Source: Tupaia chinensis (lineage: Eukaryota). Taken from it: 25,634 nucleotides of DNA. The DNA lies in contig NW_006159706.1 of assembly GCF_000334495.1 (NCBI RefSeq), positions 1,900,211-1,925,844 of the forward strand. Reading direction: 5' to 3'. Under the pieces are notes generated by a model, which did no database searches, had not been told where the DNA came from, and saw only the letters and a list, made by a program, of their open reading frames with translations. Positions 9,751 to 19,232 of this stretch are shown here, in pieces (position 1 is the first letter of the stretch; every line of letters begins with the position of its first letter). The position numbers and the translations under genes were made by a program.

Positions 9751-10640
9751 GAGCATGCAAGAGGGAGAGAGAGAACTTTCAACAAGATCATGATGCCCCA
9801 GTCCATCCCATCTCAGTCAGCCCCAGAACATGGATACTCGCATGCTTGGTGTAGCTGAGGAGGCTTCTGGATGTGAACCCAGAACTGTCCATGTGGGTCA
9901 GCCTTGCAGATGGTTGCATTTTACCTCTGTCAGCTCTCCAGCACCTGCAGTCAGCTTTCCTACCCCAGGCGGAGGAAATGATGGCACAGGTGGGAGACTG
10001 GGGTCCACCTGGCCAGCCCCTCAGGATGGCTCCTGCACCATCAACCTCTCGCTGCCAGGTCCTCTAGGAACCCTCACTGCCAGGCAGTTGTGGGGTCTGT
10101 AGATCCTTTCCAGCTTCCCACTGGGGCAGCTCCCTTTGGCTCCACCTGCTGGTCACACAGCAGCCAACAGCAGGTGTGTGGAGCCTGCCCCTTGCACCTG
10201 CGCACTTGTCCCTTCTCGGGTATGTCGGGCTGGAAAGGAGGACCTTGCCCATGGGCAGTAGGAACTGGAATGCCCCTTGGGCTTCTTTCAGATCTGGGCT
10301 TTTTGAGAGTGTCAAGGGACAAGTGTCCTTTCCCCACCCTCTCCCACAGCCAGTAAGGGGTCCTTATTTGGGAGAAGGATCAGGATGCAACCATCTGGGC
10401 ATATCCGTGGAGGCTCCAAGGTACACCAGCCCTTCAGGCCAGATGGAGCTCTAAGTGCCAAGCTTGCCTAGTCTCTGCCAGGAGAATCAAAAGGTCCTAG
10501 GAGTGGAGAGAGCAGCGTGGGTTTAGTTGCTGTGTGGCTAGAGAAGAGAACTCAGTCTCTCTGATCTCTCTTCCAATCTGTGAAGTGGGCCAGCAAGTCC
10601 CCTGCTAAGCAGGGCTGCTACAAAGTACAGATGTAGGGAG

Positions 10641-10810
10641 TTGGCATGTGGCATGGTGGTTAAGGGTGCTGGGCTCCCACATGGCTGACTGTGATTTGAG
10701 TCCCGGACCTGGCAGCTTTCTTTCTCTCTTTACCTCTCTCTCTCTCATTCTGTCCCTCTCTGCTCAAATTTAAATAAATAAAGTTAAATAAAATAATAAA
10801 AAAAAGTACA
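10641..10810 (+). mobile_element. short-family tRNA SINE with A-rich tail
   Basis: 'ggagttggcatgtggcatggtggttaagggtgctgggctcccacatggctgactgtgatttgagtcccggacctggcagctttctttctctc...ctcaaatttaaataaataaag'. Confidence 0.75.
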
Positions 10811-10899
10811 AATGTAATGATGACCCTTTATTTTAGGGTTATTCCTTCCCCCCTTCTGGGGCCTGATCCCATGAGCCTTATTTCCAAATCGAGCTGCTT

Positions 10900-11068
10900 T
10901 TTAAAAAATTAAAAAGAATTACTGTATTAGTATTATTTTAAAATTTACTATAAGGCTTGTGCACTTACCAAAGAGAGAAAGTGAGAAAACAAGTCACCAG
11001 ATCTGGGGCTCAAACCATAGTCAGCCACGTGAGACTCCAGCGCCCTAACCACCATGCCACCTGCTCAC
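10900..11068 (-). mobile_element. short-family tRNA SINE (A/T tail at low end)
   Basis: Reverse-complement 'gagcaggtggcatggtggttagggcgctggagtctcacgtggctgactatggtttgagccccagatctggtgacttgttttctcactttctctc'. Confidence 0.7.
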
Positions 11069-11139
11069 TCAGTTGAGCTGCATTTGTGTGGCAGTGGCTC
11101 CATTCCAGTATGAGCTCAGTAAAGCCAGAGACTGCATTT

Positions 11140-11380
11140 ATTTATTTATTTTGCATTTTGCTTGCCACAGAGAGAGAGAGAGAGAGGGAGGGAGAGTGAG
11201 AAATCACCGCCCCCTAGAAGGACAACTGTGCCACAATCCCTTCTCCTTCATTCTTCTATCAGGATTTTGGGCACACATACACATGCGCTTGGCACGTTTT
11301 CCAAGCTACCGGGTCTAGGACTCAAACCACATAGTCGGCCTTGTGGGATCCAGGCACCTTAACTTCCATGCCACTGCCTG
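11140..11380 (-). mobile_element. long-family tRNA SINE variant with (GA)n
   Basis: '...gagagagagagagagagggagggagagtgagaaatcaccgccccc...gtgccacaatcccttctccttcattc...' with head reverse-complement 'gggccaggcagtggcatggaagttaaggtgcctggatcccacaaggccgactatgtggtttgagtcc'. Confidence 0.7.
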
Positions 11381-11499
11381 GCCCACCAGCACTCAGGGGT
11401 GCTGGCTCAGTGTTTATGGACTAGGCAAGTGAGTCAGCAGCCCTCCCCCCAATTTTCTACATCTTCCCTCAAGAGAGGTACTTAGGGATCAAATAGCAC

Positions 11500-11690
11500 A
11501 AGGGCAAAATGCACCCGACTTCAAGACTGGCCTGCGTGGGAAGGTTGTGTGTTCATATCAAAGACCTCCCCGAGGCATGTGCACCCATGAGCGGGGACTG
11601 GCTGAGGCTGGATCGTAGCATCAAGACCCTGCCGTCTCTTTGTCTCTCTCACTTAGGGAAGAAATAAATAAACTTTAAAAGAGACAGAGG
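11500..11690 (+). mobile_element. second SINE family copy ('ggctggctgaggctgg' core)
   Basis: '...catgtgcacccatgagcggggactggctgaggctggatcgtagcatcaagaccctgccgtctctttgtctctctcacttagggaagaaataaataaac'. Confidence 0.5.
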
Positions 11691-11957
11691 TTGAGACCAG
11701 CAGTTGGCATAATGGCTATGTTGCTGGACTCCTGTGTAGTCGACAGCAGTTCAAGTCCTGGACCCAGTGACTTAAATTCATGCCGGGCACGTGTGCATGT
11801 GTGCCCAAGATCCCGAGAGGAGAATGGAGGAGAAGGATTGCAGGAGAAGGGATTGCCCCTGGGGGATGAGTTCTCGCTTTCTGTCTCTCTGTCTCTGTCT
11901 TTCTGGTGAGTGCATGTGCCCTATAGCAAAAACTTCTCAAAAAAAAAAAAAAAAAGA
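11690..11957 (+). mobile_element. long-family tRNA SINE, full length, poly-A tail
   Basis: 'gaccagcagttggcataatggctatgttgctggactcctgtgtagtcgacagcagttcaagtcctggacccagtgacttaaattcatgccgggc...ccctatagcaaaaacttctcaaaaaaaaaaaaaaaa'. Confidence 0.85.
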
Positions 11958-12139
11958 CAGAGGTTATTAAAGCTCTATACCCAGTACCTGGCATGTTAGC
12001 AAGTGCTACTGTGTTGTGCTGTTTATTACCACGGGCCTCCAGGGGCAGGTGATGGAAGAAGCAAGGCTGTCTGTCCATGGAGGGCACATTCCTTTTTGTC
12101 TCAGCCACCTGTTCATACGGCCGTCCCTTGGTTACTTGC

Positions 12140-12322
12140 CTTTTTTTTTTTTAAAGAATTATTCCATTTAACCTTATTTATTATTATTATCATTATTATT
12201 TTCCAGTTTGATCAGAGAGAGAGAGAGGAAGTGAGAAAGCAAGCCACCAGGTCTGAGACTTGAACCATGGTTGGCCATGTGGGAGTCCAGCACCTTTAAC
12301 CACCATACCACTTGCCGGCCCC
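12140..12322 (-). mobile_element. short-family tRNA SINE with A/T-rich tail
   Basis: Reverse-complement 'ggggccggcaagtggtatggtggttaaaggtgctggactcccacatggccaaccatggttcaagtctcagacctggtggcttgctttctcacttcc'. Confidence 0.75.
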
Positions 12323-13112
12323 AGTGACTTGCCTTTACTAGTAGCCATGCCACCACCTCTGAACCTCAGCTCCCGCTCTCTCAGCTTCACACTTGTCTTC
12401 TACCAACCAAGGGCGGATGGACGGCCACGCCTCCAGTTCAGGGCTTCACGACATTGACTCCAACTACTTTTTCAACACCCATAGCCCCCTACTACTTTCA
12501 TTTGTCCTGTCAGCTTAGATTCTGTGATGTGTCCATGTAAACTGCTCCCTCGAAACCTCCCTTAACACCCTCATCCTCTCCTCCCTGCCCTCATCCTCTC
12601 CTCCCCGTGATACTTAGTGGGAAAAAACCCACCCCCTCCTAAGCTCCCTCCCTCCCTCTCTGCACTGCCTTGGCCAGGGCAGTTGGTGGAGGAGGAACAG
12701 CCCAGAGCTGGCTGATCTCATTTTAAATGGAGGGCAGCCAGTTTTAAAGGAAGCCTAACTCCTGTCTAGGAGATTTTGTGTGAGATTCCTCTTCAAAAGA
12801 AACCGTTCACAGCTCCTCTCTTCTTGAGCTCTTCCTCCCTGCCTAATTTCTCTCGCCTCTTTGAGAAAATAGAAGCAAACTGTGCAGGAAGACTCCCCCG
12901 TTCCTGCAGCAATAACCTATGGTTGGCAACTGGCCTCTGTGCTCCCACCGAGGGCTCCTCCCCCTGGGCTCTGGCTCACACCACTGGAGTTCTGGAGAGC
13001 TGCCCTCCTACACGCATCACATTTCCTGCATCATCGCCTTCTCCCTCTCTCCTGGACTGCTGTCATCAGTACACAAACTGCTCTCTTTCTCCCTTAGAAA
13101 ACAAACAAGGCC

Positions 13113-13333
13113 CAGTTCCAGTGGCATGGGCGGCGGTGTGCTGCTCCCTGGTGCTGGAAGCCATGTGGGCAGCCACAGGTTCGAATCCTGAGCCAGCCTC
13201 AAACACACTGGTACACATGTGATGAGACACCATTGAGGGGGTCTCTTTTGCACATGCATGTCAGCAGAAGCACGAGCTCTCTCTCATTAAAGAAGTAAAA
13301 CAAATAAATCTTCAATAAATAAACAAACAAACT
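13113..13333 (+). mobile_element. tRNA-like SINE (second family/variant) with (AAAT/AAAC)n tail
   Basis: 'gttccagtggcatgggcggcggtgtgctgctccctggtgctggaagccatgtgggcagccacaggttcgaatcctgagccagcc...aataaataaacaaacaaa'. Confidence 0.55.
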
Positions 13334-14002
13334 CTCCCTTAACTCTCCATTTCCCCTCTGACTCTCAACTCTCCTGTCTTTTTCCTTCACAAATTTCTTC
13401 AGCGTTCTCTGTGGTCAGAGTTTCCACTCCTCACTCCTGCACTATTCCTTCAAACCACTCCAATTAGCTTCTGATCCGGCCTTTACTGTGTGGAAACCGC
13501 TCTGATGGCCGTTACCAGGGACATTCTGCTGCTGAAGCCAGTAGTTAGGCTCTGCCCTCATCCAGCCTCTCCCATCTCGGGCCATCCCTCCTCCCACACC
13601 ATGGGCTCCCATCATCACCGACTCTAATTTTTTTCTGGTTGCTCCTCTCAGTTGCCCTAGTCAGCTCCACCTTTCCCTCTCAGTCTCTAAACTGTGGGTT
13701 TCCCTTGGCCTTTTCCTCTTTACCTATGTTCTCAGCCTGTCTCATGGCTTTAGATCATCTCTCTCACTGATTTCGAAATTTCCCATCCTAACCTCACCCC
13801 TGAGCTCTGGACCCATTTCTGACTGGTGACTTGACGTCTCCACATGGATACCCAAGAGCCAGCAGAGTTGGCCATGAGACTGGTTCTGGCCAATGAAATG
13901 CAAGGGGAAGTGACATCATCACTATACTTTGTCTACCTTGTCCACATTAAAGGGTGACCAGTGATGTTTCATACAGAAGCTACTCCATCAGCCTGGGTCC
14001 CA

Positions 14003-14245
14003 CAGACAGAGGAAATGGCAAGAAGCAGAGCCTCATGGCATGGTTAAGGTGCTGGATTCCTACATGGCCAATCAGGATTCAAGCCCAGACCTGGCAGCTT
14101 AAAAATTATGCCAGGTGTGTGCATGCATGCCCAAAATCCCAAGAGGAGAATGGAAGAGAAGGGATTGTAGCATGGCTATTACTCTGGGGGGGGGGATTTC
14201 TCACCTTCCCCCTTCTCTCTGTATCTCTCTATGGCAAAAAGAAAG
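14003..14245 (+). mobile_element. long-family tRNA SINE variant
   Basis: 'ggcaagaagcagagcctcatggcatggttaaggtgctggattcctacatggccaatcaggattcaagcccagacctggcagcttaaaaattatgccaggtgtgtgcatgcatgcccaaaatcccaagaggagaatggaagagaagggattgtagcatggc'. Confidence 0.75.
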
Positions 14246-14261
14246 AAAGAAAGAGAGAGAA

Positions 14262-14440
14262 ATAAAGGAAGGAAGGAAGGAAAGAAGGAAGGAAGGAAGG
14301 AAAGAAGGAAGGAAGGAAGGAAAGAAGGAAGGAAGGAAGGAAAGAAGGAAGGAAGGAAGGAAAGAAGGAAGGAAGGAAGGAAAGAAGGAAGGAAGGAAGG
14401 AAAGAAGGAAGGAAGGAAGGAAAGAAGGAAGGAAGGAAGA
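14262..14440 (+). repeat. Compound microsatellite, 20-bp period (AAAG)(AAGG)4 x ~9, flanked by (AAAG)n
   Basis: Direct reading shows 'aaagaaggaaggaaggaagg' repeated perfectly ~9 times. It is continuous with the A-rich tail of the upstream SINE. Confidence 0.95.
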
Positions 14441-14609
14441 AAAAAGAAAAGAAAAGAAATAGAGCTTCAGCTACCTGCAGTAGACATGGAGCAGGAGTAC
14501 AAAGCAAGGTATTAGCAATGAATTTGGGGGATTTTGTTACAGCATAACCTAGCCTATCTTGACTGCTACATGTACCTCACAGGAGCGTTAAGATCCAACA
14601 GATACAGGG

Positions 14610-14873
14610 ATCAGCAGTTAGCGTAATGGCTATGTCGCTGAACTCCCATGTATTCAACCGCAGTTAGAGTCCCGGACCTGGTGGCTTAAACTTACACTGG
14701 GCACGTGTGTGTGCATGCCCAAGATCCTGAGAGGAGAATGGAGGAGAAGGGATTGCAGTGTGGCCATCCCCCCTGGGGGGTGATTTTTCGCTTTTTGTCT
14801 CTCTGTCTCTGTCTGTTTGACTAGCGCACACGCCCTATAGCAAAAAACCCTCAAAAAAAAAAAAATCCAATAG
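14610..14873 (+). mobile_element. long-family tRNA SINE, full length, poly-A tail
   Basis: 'gggatcagcagttagcgtaatggctatgtcgctgaactcccatgtattcaaccgcagttagagtcccggacctggtggcttaaacttacactgggcacg...ccctatagcaaaaaaccctcaaaaaaaaaaaaa'. Confidence 0.85.
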
Positions 14874-15186
14874 ATACTAGGGGAAACTGCTTTAAATTGT
14901 GTGCATGAAGATGGGCCTGGCTCAGACTAAATGGTGGGGAGACAGGTAGAGCTCAGCCACAGGAAAGCAGGTCTTGAGGGAAATGCGGTGGTGCCCACCT
15001 CAGCCAGAGCCAGATTCCAAGTCGGTTATGGTGTTTCACGTCAATGTCCCTTCAGTTGCTCATGCGATGCAGAGTGGTGTGATCTCTCTCTGGGGATGCC
15101 CAACATAGCCTGTTTTTCACAGCACTGGACTAAATGGCTTTTCTTTGCTTGAATACTAAATAAAGTAACTCATTTGTTTAAGGATG

Positions 15187-15445
15187 ACTTTTTTTTTTTT
15201 CTTGTTTTGTTTGGCTTGCTATAGGTTCTGTGTGCTTGCTAGAGACAGAGAGAGGAAAAATGAGAAAACACCCCTCAGGGGGATGGCCATGACACAACCC
15301 CTTCTCCTCCATTCTCTTCTTGGGATTTTGGGCACACACGCACATGTGCCTGGCCTGTCTTTCAAGCAGCCAGGTCTGGGACTTGAACCACACAATCAAC
15401 CATTTGGGATTCAGCCCCCTTAACCACTACACCACTGGCTAGCTC
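15187..15445 (-). mobile_element. long-family tRNA SINE variant, poly-T tail at low end
   Basis: Poly-T at 15187-15200, then body '...gagaaaacacccctcagggggatggccatgacacaaccccttctcctccattc...' and head reverse-complement 'gagctagccagtggtgtagtggttaagggggctgaatcccaaatggttgattgtgtggttcaagtcccagacctgg'. Confidence 0.75.
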
Positions 15446-15664
15446 AAGGACATCTTTTATAAGAAAAATCTGTCTGGGCCTGATGGCAATGCAGCATTTA
15501 TACAGTTGGATCAAATGGGATGGTCCCAGGTTTGGAACAGACTGGGGCACACATGTGTGCCTGGGATCCAGGCTGGCTGAGGCTGCAAGTGGATTGAGGC
15601 ATGAGGACCCTGGTGGGAATGCTCTCTCGGTCTCTTTCTCATGGAAGAAACAATTCTTTTTAGA

Positions 15665-15862
15665 ATTATTTTATTATTATTATTATTTTAAATACTTATT
15701 TATTTAATTTTATTTATTCATTAATTTATTTTAATTTGACCAGAGAGAGACAGAGTGAGAGAGGGAAAGTGAGAAAGTAAGCCTCCAGGTCCAAGACTCA
15801 AACCATGGTCAGCATTGTGGGAGTTTCCAGTGCCTTAACCACCATGCCACCTGCTGGTCCTC
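15665..15862 (-). mobile_element. short-family tRNA SINE with long AT-rich tail
   Basis: AT-rich tail at 15665-15740, then 'tttgaccagagagagacagagtgagagagggaaagtgagaaagtaagcctccaggtccaagactcaaaccatggtcagcattgtgggagtttccagtgccttaaccaccatgccacctgctggtcc'. Confidence 0.8.
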
Positions 15863-15864
15863 TT

Positions 15865-15927
15865 AATTTTATTATTATTTTTAACTTTGCTATTGGACAC
15901 ATGCACTTACCAGAAAGAAACAGAGAG

Positions 15928-15975
<48 letters not shown>

Positions 15976-16077
15976 AAGAAAGGAAGTGAGAAAGCAAGTC
16001 ACCAGGTCCAGGACTCAAACCACAGACAGTCATGTGAGAGTCCAGCACTTTAACTACCATGTCACCTGCTGGCCCCA
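15865..16077 (-). mobile_element. short-family tRNA SINE with internal (GA)n expansion
   Basis: '...accagaaagaaacagagaggagagagagatagagagagagagagagagagaaagagagagagagagaaag...gtgagaaagcaagtcaccaggtccaggactcaaaccacagacagtcatgtgagagtccagcactttaactaccatgtcacctgctggcccc'. Confidence 0.8.
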
Positions 16078-16107
16078 CCCCTTTTATTTTTAAAAATATT
16101 TGTTTCT

Positions 16108-16300
16108 GGGGCCGGCAGGTGGCATGGTGGTTAAGGCACTAGACTCTCCCACAAGGTAGACCATGGTTCGAGTCCTAGACTTGTTGGCTTGCTTTCCTCA
16201 CCCTGTTTCTCTCTCTTTCTCTATGTCTCTCTCTGGTCAAATTGAAATTAATTAATTAATTAAATAATTATTTTTAAAAATAAAATAAAATAATAAAAGG
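16108..16300 (+). mobile_element. short-family tRNA SINE, consensus-like copy, (TTAA/AAAT)-rich tail
   Basis: 'ggggccggcaggtggcatggtggttaaggcactagactctcccacaaggtagaccatggttcgagtcctagacttgttggcttgctttcctcaccctgtttctctctctttctctatgtctctctctggtcaaattgaaattaattaattaa'. Confidence 0.85.
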
Positions 16301-16540
16301 ATCTAGCAGGTTGCATGGTGGGTAAGGTGCTGGACCCCCACATGATCGACCACAGTTTGATTCCCAGACCCTGTGGCATGATACTCCAGGGGTGTGTGCG
16401 TTCATGCCCAAAATTCTGAGAGGAGAACAGAGAAGAGATTGATTGCAGCATGGCCATCCCCTCTAGGGGGTGATTTACTTTCCCTCTCTTTCTCTGGCAA
16501 GCACACGTGCCCTATGACAAAAACCTAAAAGAAAAATCTG
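16301..16540 (+). mobile_element. long-family tRNA SINE
   Basis: 'gatctagcaggttgcatggtgggtaaggtgctggacccccacatgatcgaccacagtttgattcccagaccctgtggc...tgcccaaaattctgagaggagaacagagaagag...ggccatcccctctagggggtgattt...ccctatgacaaaaacc'. Confidence 0.8.
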
Positions 16541-17129
16541 TATCTTTCAACCACAGATTCGCCAAATACATTTTCTTTCCTCTCAGGCCCACAACTAGTC
16601 TATATTTCCCAGCCTCCCTTGCACTTCGTTGTGGCCGTAGGACCGAGCAGAAGTGATGTGTTGGTTCTCCAGCTTCCCAGACGGATCTGCCTCGTGCAAT
16701 CCTCCACACACTTCTGTCTGTATGCTGCAAACAAGCAAAGTAATCCTGGGAGCCATGTGTTGGAAATGGTGAAACTGTCAAATGGAGGCTGCCCAAGTCC
16801 CTGTGTAGCCCCTGATCACCGCTTGCAGGAGAGCTGCCTTCCACTCGTGGGCACGTGATCAGGATGTAATGTAAGTCAGAAATGTATTTCTTAAGGCTAG
16901 ATGGCATCACAAAAGTGATATAATGACCTGCAAGGGGAATCCACGCGGGGAAGTTCTAGGTTCACATCTAGAGACCTTCCTGAACGTGCAGGGCACACGC
17001 TGGACACATGCATGCCATGAATTGGGGCTGGTTACAGCTGAAGTAGATTGTGACACGAGAACTCTGTTGGGGATGCTGTCTCTCTATCTCTGTGTTTCTC
17101 TCATTCATGGAAAAAAGAAATAACATACA

Positions 17130-17365
17130 TAGTTTTAAATTTGCTATGAGGCATGTGCACGTGCCAGAGAGTAACAGGGGTGGGGGTGGGGTGAGAAAGC
17201 ACCTCCCAAGGGAGATGGCCACGCCATAATCCCTTCTCCTCTATTCCCCTCTTGGGATTTTCGGGCATGCATGTTTGCATACCCAGCATGTTTTTTCAAA
17301 CCACTGGGACTCTGCAGTCCGCCATGTAGGATCTAGCTGCTTTAACCACCATACTATCAGCTAGC
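17130..17365 (-). mobile_element. long-family tRNA SINE variant
   Basis: Body 'tgctatgaggcatgtgcacgtgccagagagtaacagg...gtgagaaagcacctcccaagggagatggccacgccataatcccttctcctctattcccctcttgggatttt' plus reverse-complement head. Confidence 0.7.
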
Positions 17366-17387
17366 CTGAAAGAAATCATCTGAAGGG

Positions 17388-17540
17388 GACCAGCAGGTGG
17401 TGTGGTGATTAAGGCTGGACACTCTCACATGGCTGACCACAGTTTGAGTCCCGGACCTGGTAGCTTGCTTTCTCACTTTCTCTGTATGTGTGTCTCTCTC
17501 TGGTCAAATTAAAATGAAATGAATGAATAAATAAAATTAG
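17388..17540 (+). mobile_element. short-family tRNA SINE
   Basis: 'gggaccagcaggtggtgtggtgattaaggctggacactctcacatggctgaccacagtttgagtcccggacctggtagcttgctttctcactttctctgtatgtgtgtctctctctggtcaaattaaaatgaaatgaatgaataaataaa'. Confidence 0.8.
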
Positions 17541-17542
17541 AA

Positions 17543-17682
17543 AAAAAGAAATAATCTTAAAGAGAAAGAACAGAAAGAGAGAAAAGAAAGAAAAAGAAGA
17601 AAGGGAGGGAGGGAGGAAGAAAAGAAAGAAAAAAAGAAGAAAGAAAGAGAGAGAGTGAGAAAGGAAGGAAGGAAAAGAGACA
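17543..17682 (+). repeat. ~140-bp polypurine (GAAA/GGAA/GA-rich) low-complexity tract
   Basis: Direct reading shows almost exclusively A/G on the + strand: 'aaagagaaagaacagaaagagagaaaagaaagaaaaagaagaaagggagggagggaggaagaaaagaaag...gagagagagtgagaaaggaaggaaggaaaagag'. Confidence 0.9.
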
Positions 17683-18224
17683 CTCCTGTCGTGTTTGAGC
17701 CACTACACATCTTGGAGTGTGTCAAAACAGGATTACCTTTGACCAAGCACAGAATGAAAGCCAGGGAGACAAGACCCCCTGAGGGAACAGCAGTTCCTGG
17801 TGCCCACCTCATGCCTTCTTCAAGGCATAGCCATTGGGTGGAATGAACAATGGAGTTTCTTGCGTGGTGGTCGTCCATTCAGGTGAAAAGCAGAGCCATG
17901 AATTCCGGAAAGTTATTACTGTACATGGAATGTGACTCACTGTATCCATTCAATCAAAGGCAGTGACCCTAGGACCCACTTCAGCCCAAACTTCACCCAC
18001 TCCCCACCTCTAGGTCAGAGTCACTGGGTCCTAGAATGGAAACACAGGCTCCCTGCTCTGCAGGTTCCTCCTGAGCTCATCAGCCACCAAAAGCACCAGG
18101 CTAAGTACTGGGCCTGCCCCAAGACGTGCTCAGGAGCCCTGCCAGAGCCCTCAGTGCAGGCCTTTCGAGTTTCAGGCATACACGCTGCTTGACTGAGACG
18201 CTCACACTCGCCTCTCCAGATCGA

Positions 18225-18485
18225 TTTATTTAATTATTTTTAGTTTGCCAGAGACTGCAAGGACTCACCAGAGAGAGATGCAGAGAGAGAGAGAGGGAGA
18301 GAGTACCACCCAATTGAGCATGGTCATGCTTCAATCCCTTTTCCACTTCTCCATCCTGTCGGGACTTGGAGCATGCACACACATGCTCCCATCACGTATT
18401 TGCAAGTCACCAGGGCCAGGATTTGAACCATACTGTTGGCCATGTGGGATGCAGCTTCCTTAGCCACCAGGCCATGGGGCCAGCC
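18225..18485 (-). mobile_element. long-family tRNA SINE variant
   Basis: Body '...gcagagagagagagggagagagtaccacccaattgagcatggtcatgcttcaatccc.tttccacttctccatcc' and head reverse-complement 'ggctggccccatggcctggtggctaaggaagctgcatcccacatggccaacagtatggttcaaatcctggccctgg'. Confidence 0.7.
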
Positions 18486-18715
18486 TTTGTTTTCTCTTCT
18501 TCCATTAGAGACAGGCTGCTCCAAGAGGGTCCCCATGCCACAATCTACCCCCCAATCTCAAACAGCCTTGATTACGGGCAGGCATATGTGCGTGCCTAGT
18601 GATCCCAGGATTTGAACACAGGACCCTTCCTATGTGGGTCCTGTTGTGTCACTGCCCAGTCTCACTCTCCCCCTACATAGGGCACATGTGCTTGACAGAG
18701 AAAAAGGGAAAAGTG

Positions 18716-18862
18716 ATGGGGCCAGCAGGTGGCATGGTGGTTGGGGGCGCTGAACTCATGGCTGACCATGGTTTGAGTCCCAGGTCCTGGTGGCTTGCTT
18801 TCTTACTTTCTCTCTCTCTCTCTCTCCCTCTCTGGTTAAGTTAAAATAATTTTTTAAAAAAA
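18716..18862 (+). mobile_element. short-family tRNA SINE with (CT)n
   Basis: 'ggggccagcaggtggcatggtggttgggggcgctgaactcatggctgaccatggtttgagtcccaggtcctggtggcttgctttcttactttctctctctctctctctccctctctggttaagttaaaataatttttt'. Confidence 0.8.
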
Positions 18863-18893
18863 GTTCGAAATAATTCTTAAAAAAAAAAGAAGA

Positions 18894-19025
18894 GGGGTCA
18901 GCAAGTAGCGTGGTGGATAAAGGTGCTGAACTCCCACATGGCCAACCATGGTTTGAATCCCAGACCTGGATTTTTCATTTTCCCTCTCTCTCATTTTCCC
19001 TCTCTCCCTCTCTCATACACACACA
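18894..19025 (+). mobile_element. short-family tRNA SINE
   Basis: 'ggggtcagcaagtagcgtggtggataaaggtgctgaactcccacatggccaaccatggtttgaatcccagacctggatttttcattttccctctctctc'. Confidence 0.7.
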
Positions 19026-19232
19026 GCTCTGTGGCCAGAAGGTTAAGGTAGCCAGATCCTACATGGCCAACTATGTGGTTCTAACCCAAGCCTCTGGGGC
19101 TTGAAAACTACACCAGGTGCATGTACATACGTGCCCCAAATCCTCACAGCATGGAGAAATAGAGAAAATCGCAACATGACCATGCCCCGGGAGAGTTGAC
19201 ATACCTTCTGCCAAATTAAAAAATTAAAGCTC
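19026..19232 (+). mobile_element. long-family tRNA SINE variant
   Basis: 'tggccagaaggttaaggtagccagatcctacatggccaactatgtggttctaacccaagcctctggggcttgaaaactacaccaggtgcatgtacatacgtgccccaaatcctcacagcatggagaaatagagaaaatcgc...ctgccaaattaaaaaattaaag'. Confidence 0.6.

Noticed and set aside
14115-14515. Lys/Glu/Arg-rich ORFs (KEGRKEGRKE...) and the S/F/L/P-rich - strand ORF
   Set aside because: They are pure translations of the (AAAG)(AAGG)4 microsatellite, not genes.
16512-16910. 132-aa - strand ORF in a unique intergenic island
   Set aside because: It has no recognisable domain and no splice or Kozak support. It is probably chance, though the island itself (16540-17120) is unique sequence worth a conservation check.
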